From: Squalus acanthias
Lineage: Eukaryota
DNA: 64,000 bases
Direction: 5' to 3'
NCBI GenBank assembly: GCA_030390025.1
Contig: CM059432.1
Location: 133,302,001 to 133,366,000, forward strand
Below the pieces are notes generated by a model. The model was not told the DNA's origin and did not search any database. It saw only the letters and a list, made by a program, of their open reading frames with translations. Made by a program: the position numbers and the translations under genes. Below are positions 50,011 through 61,584 of this stretch, in pieces (position 1 is the first letter of the stretch; the number at the start of each line of letters is the position of its first letter).

Positions 50011-51490
50011 CGGGTATGATGGGATCACCTGACAAGACAAGCAGGTTTACTGAGAAGTAACATGCAGTGCAAGCTATTCGTGATGGCTGTTGCATCATAA
50101 GGAATGCTTCCGTACGCCAAGAATAAAAAGTAAGGAGGACTGAAGAGCCCTGAGTGGCAAGCACCAGTTGTGGAGTCAGGGAGGCTGGAGAGCTGCGAAT
50201 CAAGAAGATTACTTGCCATACGCGGAGAAATGTAATGCATGTGTTGTCAATATGTCTGGACAAACTGACAATTCTGTCCTGAGAAACAATCATTACTTTT
50301 AATGCATTAAGCTCAGACGGACATAGTTCATCCAGTGTACCGAATCATCTGACAAAATGCATGTTCTCCATAACTGGAGTCCACTGTTCTCTGATTTACA
50401 GAAATATAACACTCCTATATGTATGTATTCATATATATAAAAACACACCCACACCCACATAAAAATACAAAGAATGACATAGAATGTACAGCACAGACAC
50501 AGGCCATTTGGCCCAACCAGTCCGTGCCAGTGTTCATGCTCCACACAAGCCTCCTCCCACTCCTCTTCATCTCACCCTATCTGCATATCCTTCTATTTCT
50601 TTCTCCCTCATGTGTTTATCTAGCTTCCCCTTAAATGCATCTATGGTTCCCCTTAAATGCATCTAGATATATATTTACAAATATATATATATATAATAGT
50701 TTGCAGCAAAACACTTTCCGTACTATGCACTAAGTGCTGAGTGCCAATCAAATATTTAAGTAAACTGACCTATTATTCAGCTCACTGAGGTGCTGTCCTA
50801 AACTGCACTGCTCATGCAAGGAGTTCCTTCATGCATATGCAATCACGGTTACAAAAGAATATGTTGTTTTCTGTACAGTGGTGCAACATATATCAGAATT
50901 AATATCAGATGCAGTATTATTTCTCAGAACTGAACAGCTAAAAGTCTGTGTTGAGACCCCAGTTAGACGTTTTACTGTAACCAGCACAACTCCGGACCAT
51001 ACGGTGTCAGCCATGGCACAGTGGGTAGCACTCTCGCTGCTGAGTCAGGAGGTTGTGGGCTCAAGTCCTACTCCAGAGACTTGAGGAGCACAAAAATCTA
51101 GGTTGACAGTCCAGTGCAGCACTGTCAGAGGTGTCTTCTAGTTGAGACATTAAACCGAGGCCCCATCTGCTCTCTCAGGTGGGTGTAAAAGATCCCATGG
51201 CACTATTTCGAAGAAGAGCAGGGGAGTTATCCCCGGTGTCCTGGCCAATATTTATCCCTCAATCAACATCACTTAAAACAGATTATCTGGTCAGCATCAC
51301 ATTGCTGTTTGTGAGAACTTGCTGTGCACAAACTGGCTACTGCATTTCCTACATTACAACAGTGACTACACTTCAAGAATACTTCATTGGCTGTAAAGTG
51401 CTTTGTGAAAGGTGCTATATAAATGCAAGTCTTTCTTAGTTAAACCACTGCTTTATGGTGGTATCAGTTCTGTTAGCACTAATACATTTG

Positions 51491-52383
51491 GGGGTAGAAA
51501 TTAGGTCGCGCCCCATTTGGGGCGCAAATATCGTCCGGACGCAAATATTAGCACCTGGCGCTAATTATCGGCACTGAGAGGAAACTTCACTTTTACCGCC
51601 CCGGGAGGTGAGTGGAGCGCTAAGGCAGGCGCTGCACACCTCTCTTAAGGCGCAAAGGGCAAGCAGTGAGGCGCTAACTCGGAGCGCTGGCGAAGCTCAT
51701 GTAATGTCAGTCAGCAATGGAACACACACACAATGGCACGGGCCAGTTCTTAAAGGGGATGGTTAATCTTGCTTTCCATCCACATCCTGTTCATTGCAGC
51801 CTTGAATCTCGGCCTGGAGAGACTTGCACATCAAATGTGCTGGAAAGTACAATGGAGAGTACCAGGCAAAGAGCTCAGAGTGCAGCTCCCACAGTCTCTG
51901 CTAAATCGATACAAGGAATGGCAAATCAAAATGAACCTGCAAAGTGCTGCTCAGTACCCAAAACTCCTTCACACAACGTTGAATCTCTCCAGAAGTCTCT
52001 CCCTCTCTCTCTCAGAATGCGTAGTTCAAAAATGCCACCAACAATAAAAGACAGGAAGAGGCCCCCTTTAAATAGCGCCCCCCCCAGCCCCACAGCGATT
52101 GATAGCGTTCCAGTCTTCTGGTCGTTGGAAGCGCCAGGCGGTACGGCAGGGGGCGCCACTCAATTTCTGCTACGGGGCGCCACAAGGGCGTTGCACCATG
52201 GAATGACTTCACAATCTGCGCGCGCAGGTGGTCGCAGCGGTAAGTTTTAGCGCCGCCGCACAATCTCAAGTTAAGTTCTCGAGCGGCGCAAACATCGCTG
52301 CGCCCGGGCGTTAGCGGCTTTGCGCCCCATTAGCGCCCTCTTAAGGCGCTAACGGGAGGCGCAACCAAGTGAATTTTTACCCC
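51491..52383 (+). mobile_element. Young Harbinger deletion derivative, family A, copy 1 (893 bp, TTG TSD)
   Basis: TTG|GGGGTAGAAATT...AATTTTTACCCC|TTG; near-identical to 55301-56192. Confidence 0.92.
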
Positions 52384-54654
52384 TTGGAGCTGTACCAAGG
52401 ACATTTTGGTAAGTGTTTGGCTCTGAGTTATAGCTGATTTCTGGTATAGAATAGACAAGAAGCAATGTCCATTTTCTTAATGGTATCAGCACTCACTATT
52501 GAAACATAAATATTGAAAAATAAAATCAAGAGAAAGGCAGAAGTAAACAAAAGGATGTTAAAATGAAGGATACATTTTTTGTGTGAAATTCTTTTGTCCG
52601 TTACGAAAACAGAAGTGTTAACCCAATTATTTTATGCCAACTTCACCCCATTTTTAAATTTTATTTGAGAGGGTTGCTGATGGTGATACTTGCTCTTTTA
52701 GGGAAAAGGATTACCATTATTATTTTGTTTGGGCTATGTTTTCCAGGTTTTTATATTATTGTTTGACCAGCTGAGTGCAGAATCATCACAATAGATTAAT
52801 ATTTTTCATTCCCTGAAGTTCTGTTTAATGAATAAATGTGATTCAATGTGTTTGGTAGTAGTGAGGGAGACTTGAGTAATTCGCAAACATCTTCCCTAAT
52901 AGAAACATGTCCTACATCCTCTGTGTTGCTCCACAATAGGTTCTTGTGGACTGCTGTAAGACTAGGCCAGCTGTTAAGCAACTTCACAATCCGCTTGTAA
53001 GATCTGTTTGTATGTAAAAATCCAACAGGGTCTGAATCAGTCGATTTAGTTCAATGTCTCCTTCATTTACATTGTGATGACTCAGCATTCAGCAAGGCTA
53101 CTCGCCCTGAGGTGTCAGCTGTGGCTCCGTGGGTAGCACTCCCGACTCTGAGGCAGAAGGTTCAAGCCCCACTCCAGAGACTTGGCTGACACTCCAGTGC
53201 AGTATTGAGGGAGTGCTGCTCTGTCGGAGGTGCCGTCTTTCAGATGGTTAGAAAGAATAGAAAATCTCTTGACTCTTCAGCCTTGAATGGAGGCTGTTGA
53301 GATATGTAGAATGAAAGAAGATTCATTCTAAGGGCATTTCAAGTTAAATTATGACTGTAGAACAAAGGGGACAGAGGTACAAAATGGTAAAAGGCACGTT
53401 CAGTACATCACAAAGAGTGATCAGTACTTGGAATGGCCTTGTGGGTAGGGCAGTGGAGGCTAAAACTCTGGAATCATTCAAGAAGTAGTCGGAAGCTGTG
53501 ATAGTAGGACTGCATGATGAGCTCAAAGGCCTCCTACATCTGTACTTATTTTTTGCTTGAGGTGCAATGTAAAAAGGCACAACATTATTTTCTGTACACT
53601 AGAGGTTCTCCTGTGGCAGTACTCATGGGTAGTCTGGGGTGTGAAGCATGGTTGTGATGTTTAGCTGCCTTAAGAGGGAAACGGTAACTGCTTGTAAATT
53701 TGGGGCTCCTTGTCTTTCTTTCACTGTTTTAGGATTGTTTTGCATCTGTAATAAAGTGCAACACTTTGTAGTGTGATGTCTGGAGTGTGATAGATGAGTT
53801 AGATGCGAGACATTTTTATATATATAGATACTATATTAATGACTTTTAATCCACCTATAATTCTGCTTTCGACCCAATGAATAATTCTCTTTTTATACCC
53901 TACTGTCATCGCAATAGCCTGCTATGATCTTCCAACAATAATGTTTCAGATCTACTTTTAACTGTCATTAGCACTGTTTTCATTTTACTGCAACTGCGCT
54001 ATATATAAAAGTAATAGATGAATAGATGGAAAGGAGTAAGTATAGGACTGCAATTCAATCTCAAGAGTTCAGATGACATCTATAAACCATAAAAACGAAG
54101 TTCGAGTGATTTATGGATGTAATCTGAATCGCTGGAATAAATTACAGCTGCATTACTCATTCCCAACCATCCAGGATTCTATATGTCCCCATATTGTCCC
54201 TTTATGTTTGTAATGCATTAGGTCAAACTACTTTGAATTCTATTCACTTCTTTACCAATTGCCAGCATTATTACCTCGATTATGCCGCACTTTGGGAACT
54301 AGAACAGTGTCAAAATCAATCACAATTTGGACCCCAGTAGCCACTATAGCTTTGTCACAAAATAGATTAAAAACGGAAGAAAGGAAGTCAGCACAACACA
54401 TTGGTTTATGTCCTGTTTGCCCAGATGTAAATTTTGGTTCATGCTTATATGTCCCAGATGCATCATGTGCAACTCTTCCTGTGTGAGGCTTTCTGGAGCG
54501 ATTTGCACATGTGCGGTTAATTTAAAAAAAAACATTTTTGGACGTATGAATAAATACAACTCGTTCAAATGAAAGAAATCTGCTCCTGTACAATTGAACC
54601 AAATCAGAACTGAGCTGGGAGTGTTCAGGACTTTTGCACTACAAGCCATCATTA

Positions 54655-55040
54655 TAGAATCAGAGAATGATGCAGCACAGAAGGAGGCCATTCGGCCCAT
54701 CATGCCTGTGCCGGCTCTCTGAAAGAGCTATCCAATTAGTCCCACCCCCCCTGCTCTTTCCCCATAACCCTGCAAATTTTTCCTTTTTAAGTATAGATCA
54801 AATGCCCTTTTGAAAGTTACTATTGAATCTGCTTCGGTCACCCTTTCAGGCAGTGCATTCTAGATCATAACAACTTGCTGAGTAAAAAAAATTCTCCTCG
54901 TCTCCCCCCTCTTCTTTTTGCCAATTATTTTAAATCTGCGTCCTTTGGTTACCAACCCTCCTGCCACTGGAAACAAAACCTCTCATAATGTTGAACACCT
55001 CTATTAAATCTCCCCTTACCTTCTCTGCTCTAAGGAGACC
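54655..55040 (-). mobile_element. CR1 LINE 3' fragment (distinct subfamily)
   Basis: ATAGAATCAGAGAATGATGCAGCACAGAAGGAGGCCATTCGGCCC tail and CR1 3' coding remnant. Confidence 0.8.
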
Positions 55041-55300
55041 ATTACTGTCGTGTTATTGCACAGAACAATGGACTGAGGTGAGATTGACTTTAAGAGATTA
55101 ATTTAATTATGCCAGCCACAGATTTAAAGATTCACTTTGCTAAGTTAGGGGCCGAGGTGGCTGGCAACCCACAAATTCTCCTATTTATTTGACATTAAAA
55201 ATTGCTAATTGTCTCTTATCTGTCGAAAACACACATTTCCTTATATTCAGCTTACCAGTTATATCTCTCTAACGATGTTTAAAATCAATGGAGAGTTATA

Positions 55301-56192
55301 GGGGTAAAAATTCAGTTGGTTGCGCCTCCCGTTAGCGCCTTAAGAGGGCGCTAATGGGGCGCAAAGCCGCTAACGCCCTGGCGCAGCGATGTTTGCGCCG
55401 CTCGGGAACTTAACTAGAGATTGTGCGGCAGCGCTAAACTTTACCGCTGCGACCACCTGCGCGCGCAGATTGTGACGTCATTCCATGGTGCAACGCCCTT
55501 GTGGCGCCCCGAGCGGAAATTGAGTGGCGCCCCCTGCCTTACCGCCTGGCGCATCCAACGACCAGAAGACTGGAACGCTATCAATCGCTGTGGGGCTGGG
55601 GGGGGCGCTATTTAAAGGGGGCCTCTTCCTGTCTTTTATTGTTCGTGGCATTTTTGAACTGCGCATTCTGAGAGCGAGAGGGAGAGACTTCTGGAGAGAT
55701 TCAACGTTGTGTGAAGGAGTTTTGGGTACTGAGCAGCACTTTGCAGGTTCATTTTGATTTGCCATTCCTTGTATCGATTTAGCAGAGACTGTGGGAGCTG
55801 CACTCTGAGCTCTTTGCCTGGTACTCTCCATTGTTCTTTCCAGCACATTTGATGTGCAAGTCTCTCCAGGCCAAGATTCAAGGCTGCAATGAACAGGATG
55901 TGGATGGAAAGCAAGATTAACCATCCCCTTTAAGAACTGGCCCGTGCCATTGTGTGTGTGTTCCATTGTTGACTGACATTACATGAGCTTCGCCAGCGCT
56001 CTGAGTTAGCGCCTCACTCCTTGGCCTTTGCGCCTTAAGACAGGTGTGCAGCGCCTGATTTAGCGCTCCACTCACCTCCCGGGGCGGTAAAAGTGAAGTT
56101 TCCAGTCGGTGCCGATAATTAGCGCCAGGCGCTAATATTTGCGTCCAGACGATATTTGCGCCCCAAATGGGGCGCGACCTAATTTTTCCCCC
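55301..56192 (-). mobile_element. Young Harbinger deletion derivative, family A, copy 2 (892 bp, ATA TSD), inverted
   Basis: ATA|GGGGTAAAAATT...AATTTTTCCCCC|ATA. Confidence 0.92.
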
Positions 56193-58399
56193 ATAGATCT
56201 TACATTAATTATGTATTGATTAAAATAGGTACAAAATGGGCACAAATAAAGACTTTGGTGGTGAGGTAGTGCAAAATTATATTTAAGGATTTCATACTAT
56301 CAAGTGTAAAATACTGTGTATAGGAAATAAATGGGCAACATACATACTCCATGAATGGTGTGGAAATAGCTGAGGATGATGTTGAAAGAGATCTTGCCCA
56401 TATTCATCTCGTGATGAATGGCTCGAGCTTTTCTGGATTTCTGATGTCATCTGAACACTATGATGTGTTACTGCCACAGCCCATTCTCATCTGTGAATTA
56501 TTCTATTATACAGTGAATTACATCTTTATGCACGGTCGATGTGTATATTGGTTAAGAGTTGTATAAAACAATAACAACTTGCATTTATATCGCGCCTTTA
56601 ATGCAGTAAAACGTCCCAAGGCGCTTCACAGGAGCGTAATCAGACAAAGTTTGACGCCGAGCCACATAAAGAGATATTAGGACAGGCGACCAAAAGCTTG
56701 GTCAAAGAGGTAGGTTTTAAGGAGCGACTTAAAGGAGGAGAGAGAGGCAGAGATGTTTAGGGAGGAAATTCCAGAGCTTAGGGCCCAGGCAACTTAAGGC
56801 ATGGTCACCAATGGTGAAGCGATGAAAATCAGGGATGCGTTAGAGGTCAGAATTGTATACGTGTATATGTGTACCTTTGTTGAATCTCAATTAGTTCTAT
56901 CTATAATAAATCATGAATAATATATATGAAGTGACACTGTGCAACTGCACTAAATTGGTACATTCATGGCCAGGAGAGGGCAGACAAGGCAGCCAGTGCT
57001 TTTTGGGAGTTTCTATTGTGGTTCCTAGCCCTACTGTATGTACTGTGCTATACTCATCATACCACAGTGTTGTCTGCCGAGAACAGTTTAGCTATTGATT
57101 TAGAAACTTGTTTTATACTTTAAAGAATTAATTTGGGGTTTTAACTATAATCATTTTTCTTGGTAGGTCTCACCATATGCTGTAATTTAAATTTCAAATA
57201 GCCATTATCCATCACTTTGGAGCATTTATGGGATATAACATCTTCTAAAGGATGCGACTAAAGGAATGTAGCATCTTCCTTTAGTCGCGTGCTTATAAAG
57301 AAGCGTGAGGTTAAAATGGTCTGGATGGATGAAAGCAGGCTGTCCCCGGCCCCGTTGGGTGATGTTTTCCCTCAGGAATACAAGGACTGGATGTCATCAG
57401 TATTCTCGTGTGGCTGTGCTGTGCATTCCTCTGTATGGCAATGGCGTTCCACAAGTTTGTGTGCACTCATCAGGGATATACATTTAGTAGCTGCTCTACC
57501 CCTCTAAATCTAATTGATTTAGAAAAATGGTATTTTATATTTGCAATAATATGACAGTTTAGGATAAGGTAAAGATACCTAACGCTAGTCTCTAATGGTG
57601 AATAATGAGGTGTTAAACTGACCCATTTAGAGGAACAATTAACAGATTAGCATTTGCAGAAATGAAAATGGGACCAATTAATCTGCTGCACTGTGTGTAT
57701 GGAGTGCAAATTATCCTTATTATTATACATGTGATGGAACAGGCTCCCACAGCAATGATTGAGGGGGGAATTTGCGCTTCTGAGAACCTATACACAACAG
57801 ACTGTCTAATTCACAGATAAAATATGCACTTAAAGAGAGATTCACGCCATCAGCAGCATTAAAAAAGAATCATAATTAACGCTAGTATGCTTTTTAATCT
57901 TTATTCTGTTTTTCCTGTCCATGCACTTTAAAGAAAGAAAAAAAACCCAGAGAACCCTGGAAATGCACTGTAGGTAACTCTGGTTATGAAGAGAGAAAAG
58001 AAAGGTTAACACATGGAGGCCCTTCATCAAAACTGCTGTATTCAGCGTGGAGAAATCTTGTTTTAGGACCGACCAAAAAACAAAGGGCTAGGAGCTCATT
58101 ATAGCCCAGGAATGGGCAGTATCAGTAGAAAAGTTGGAGAATTAGCGCCAGGCACTAATGCTTTAGACTACACGCAAAATTCGTGCTCAGTGCTCAAAAA
58201 AATGATTGGAATCCTAATTCAAGTCTTAAAGCCCAAGCTCATTGGCGTTACACTGAAAGGGTGGACCAATATCAGGTGCAGTCTAATCACAAACCATGAT
58301 TGCCATAGGCTTTTTTCAGTACTTAAAGGGGAGGTTCATTGATGCTGCAGAATCTCATTCTCAGCATTGCTGACTGTGCAGCTGCCTCAGCAAGCAGAA

Positions 58400-60187
58400 G
58401 CAGGACAAGGAGAAGGAGTCGGAGGACTGAAGCAGCTGTACTCTTGGCAAGTCTTCCAAACCATGTAGAGGGAGGTAGCGCAGCACATCTCGGGAAGCAC
58501 TGTGGTCCCCAGGACCCACACACAGTGCAGGAAGAAATTTAATGACCTCTCTCTGGGGGGTCAACAAATGCTACATACCACCATCTGTACCACAATCTTC
58601 ACACACTGCCCAAAGCACCACACCCCCAGCATTCAGCCACCAACAATTTCTACCTACCAACACTCACACCCACATCTCACAACATACACACAATAACAGC
58701 TATTCAACTATGGCAGGCACATCACCCAAACACATTGCTCCACACTCACTCACACACATTCCTTTCTCTTGCAGGCCAAGGTGGCGCACAACAGGAGGGA
58801 GCAGGAGCGCACAGGTGGGGGACAAGCCGACACCCAACCACTGTCTGCACTGGAGAATAGAGTGCTGCAGATTATTGGGCGCCAGGTGGTGGGCGCCGTG
58901 GCCACTGGTGATGTTGACCCCCTTGGGGACAACAACGGTATGTTCATCCCTATTCCTTCTTTTCACATCCCACTTCCCCCTCACCCTAAAAGCGTTTCGC
59001 ACTTTCCAGCTAATCATGCTGTATACACGCATTTCTCCCTTCCTGCCCCCCTCCCCTCACCTTAACCCGACTCTTGTGCCTTTATGCTTTCAGGTAATCA
59101 GCAAGCACCTCAGCAGCCTGTCCCTGAGGGTACCATAGAGAGCGAGACCGAAGAAGAGGAGGAGGAAGAAGACACCACGTCACTGCATGTCTCACCCACA
59201 GGCACCAGCTCAGATACTGGCACTATGCATTCTTTAGAGGCTAGTATAATAGTGGGATCGGCACAGGGTGAGGCACCAGGGATGAGTGGGCTGCAGCAAG
59301 GCCAGAGGGAAAGGGTAGCTCGAGGGCCAGCTCCCCGGAGGGCGAGTTCGAGCGCAAGTTCTGCTGCACAGGACTCAGATGGGGACCTCGATGGGGAGGC
59401 CTTTAGAAGAAGGGTGATGGGCATACACACGGAGATGATAGGTGCAATGGCAAGGGTGCCCGAGAGCCTCTCGGCAATGGTAAGGAGCGTGGAGGAGACC
59501 ACCTCCAACATTGCACAAGGCTCTGCGCACACCATGGAGCCTATCATTTCCAGTCCGCAAAGGATGGTAGACTCCCAGAGAGACCGTGGCGACCCAGACC
59601 TGATACCACGTTTGATGGGCAATCTGGCAGCTTCCATTGCAGCACAGGCGGAAGTGACGCAGCGTCTTAGTGCGGTAATGCAGTCTATACTTGGTGGCAT
59701 CCAATCTCAGACTGCTCTCATGCAGTCTCAGCTTGATGCCACGCCAGCTCTGACTGCTGCCATCGTGGCTGGGTCTACCACCGTCGACCGGGGCTTTCAC
59801 AGTGTCGCAGCAAGCTAGCAATCTGTGCTCCAACAGATTGTTAGGGATGCTGAGATGCTGCCCTGGGGGAGTGACAGTGGGTCAGTGGAGCAGAAACCTA
59901 CTGTCCTCTCTCAGGATGACAGCATTTCTGCTCCCACCACTGCCAGCCCTCCATTGCCCTATTCGCTGCCTGTCATCCAGCCAGCCCAGAGTGCTGCCGC
60001 CCATGCTGAGATGGTGCAGTCTACAGCCAGCCCTTCCAGGCCCAGAGCTGGTCGAGGGGGTCCTGCAAGGCCATCTGAAGTCACCCGCACGGTCAATCAG
60101 CAGCCTTCCACCAGCCCTGCTGCAGCCACTGGGCCAACACTTCGTAGGATCACTAGAGCAGGAAAAGGCACAGTAACGAGGCACTAA
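58400..60187 (+). pseudogene. Myb/SANT-like accessory gene of Harbinger 2; exons about 58400-58560, 58775-58937, 59094-60187
   Basis: M*REVAQHISGSTVVPRTHTQCRKKFNDL; AKVAHNRREQERTGGG; AG/GT sites give a phase-1 second intron; in-frame TAG at 59816; C-terminus LRRITRAGK parallels RRSTRK of element 1. Confidence 0.82.
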
Positions 60188-60372
60188 GGGATTGAACAAG
60201 GTTGAATAGTAAATATTTTTTTGTAAATATGTGTTCACTGATTTTTGATAAATTTATTAATTCAGTTTGGATTCTTTTGTGGTGTGTCACATTTCAGCTT
60301 TGTGCTGTGATCTGGCCTGTGACAGGGATGGAATGATGGGATGTGGTGAACAACGGGGATCTGGGGTTTAAT

Positions 60373-61584
60373 TCATTCGAACCGCAGTCTGATTAGGCGA
60401 TCACGGATCGCCCTTCTGAAAGACCGATTGAGTGGCTGCCTCCTCCCTCGCTCCTGTTCCTCCTCCTCCTCCTCCTCGTCTTCCTCCTCGTCCTCATCAT
60501 CCTCCTCATCTTCCTCTTCCTCCTCATCCTCCTCCTCCTCCTCCTCTCCCTCTTCCTCCTCCTGAGGTGGTCCCGCAATCCCTGATGGCAAGTGCTCGGC
60601 CCTCATGATGGCCAAATTGTGGAGCATGCAGCAGACCACCATGAAATGGGACACCCGCTCAGCTGAGTACTGGAGGGCTCCTCCCGAGCGGTCAAGGCAG
60701 CGGAATTGTTGCTTCAGCAGGCCGATGGTCTGTTCGATGATGCTCCTGGTGGCAGCATGGCTGTCATTATATGAGTGCTGGGCAGGAGTGTTGGGGTTGC
60801 AGAGGGGAGTCATGAGCCAGGTGGAGAGCAGATAGCCCTTGTCTCCGACCAGCCAGCCGCAAGCTTGACGTGGTGGCCGGAAGAGTGTCTGGCGCAGGAT
60901 GAAGGCATCCTGGCTGCTGCCAGGATAGCGGGCATTCACACTGAGGATTAGCTGTCTGTGGTTGCACACCAACTGCCCATTAAGTGAGTGGTAGCCTTTG
61001 TGGTTACGGAAGTTCTCAGTATTGTTATGCGGTGCCTGCAAAGCCACATGGGTGCAGTCAATGGTGCCCCGCACCATGGAGAATCCCACTATCCTGGCAA
61101 AGCCACATGCACGCTCATCCTGCTTCTCTCTGGTGATGGGGAAGGAAATGTAGTCCCTTCTCCTACTGTAGAGAGCCTCTGTGACCTCCCGGATGCAGCG
61201 ATGGATGGCAAACTGCGAGATGTTAGCTATGTCTCCTGTTGCAGACTGGAAGGATCCGCTGGTGAAGAAATTGAGTGCGACGGTGACCTTGACTGCCACT
61301 GAGATCCATGATCGCCCTGATCTGAGGCTGGAGGTCTGGTTGGAGGAGGTGGCAGAGTTCTGTGACCACCTCCTTGGTGAAGCGGAGCCTTCTAATACAT
61401 TGCTCCTCGCTTAATTGGAGGTAGGAGAAGTGCTCTCAGAATACTCTTGGAGGGTAAGGCCTCCTGTTGAGAGGACTGATGGCCCTCCTCCTCCCTCTGG
61501 CCACATGTTCCAGTCTTTCTCGCTGCCTCTGCTCCCTCCGCCGTAGATCCTGGAGGGCGAGGTCGACTGCCAGTACAGCCCCAT
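60373..61584 (-). pseudogene. Harbinger DDE transposase (HARBI1 family) with disrupted N-terminus and long acidic tail
   Basis: [68 protein letters not shown]; upstream frames RRPYPPRVF*EHFSYLQLSEEQCIRRLRF; frameshifts near 61580 and 61300. Confidence 0.93.
60455..60565 (-). repeat. (GAG/GAN)n low-complexity tract encoding about 35 E/D residues
   Basis: (TCC)n-rich run on + strand within the transposase ORF. Confidence 0.9.

Noticed and set aside
51717..52250. 177-aa ORF with a 162-aa twin at 55478-55966 as a conserved gene
   Set aside because: The similarity is explained by the recent element duplication; the C-termini differ by frameshift and no domain is recognisable
51491..56192. Single giant transposon with 0.9-kb TIRs
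   Set aside because: Each arm has its own TSD and the outer flanks (TTG vs ATA) do not match
57940..58036. Additional hammerhead-bearing element
   Set aside because: It resembles family 1, but the core is too degenerate to call
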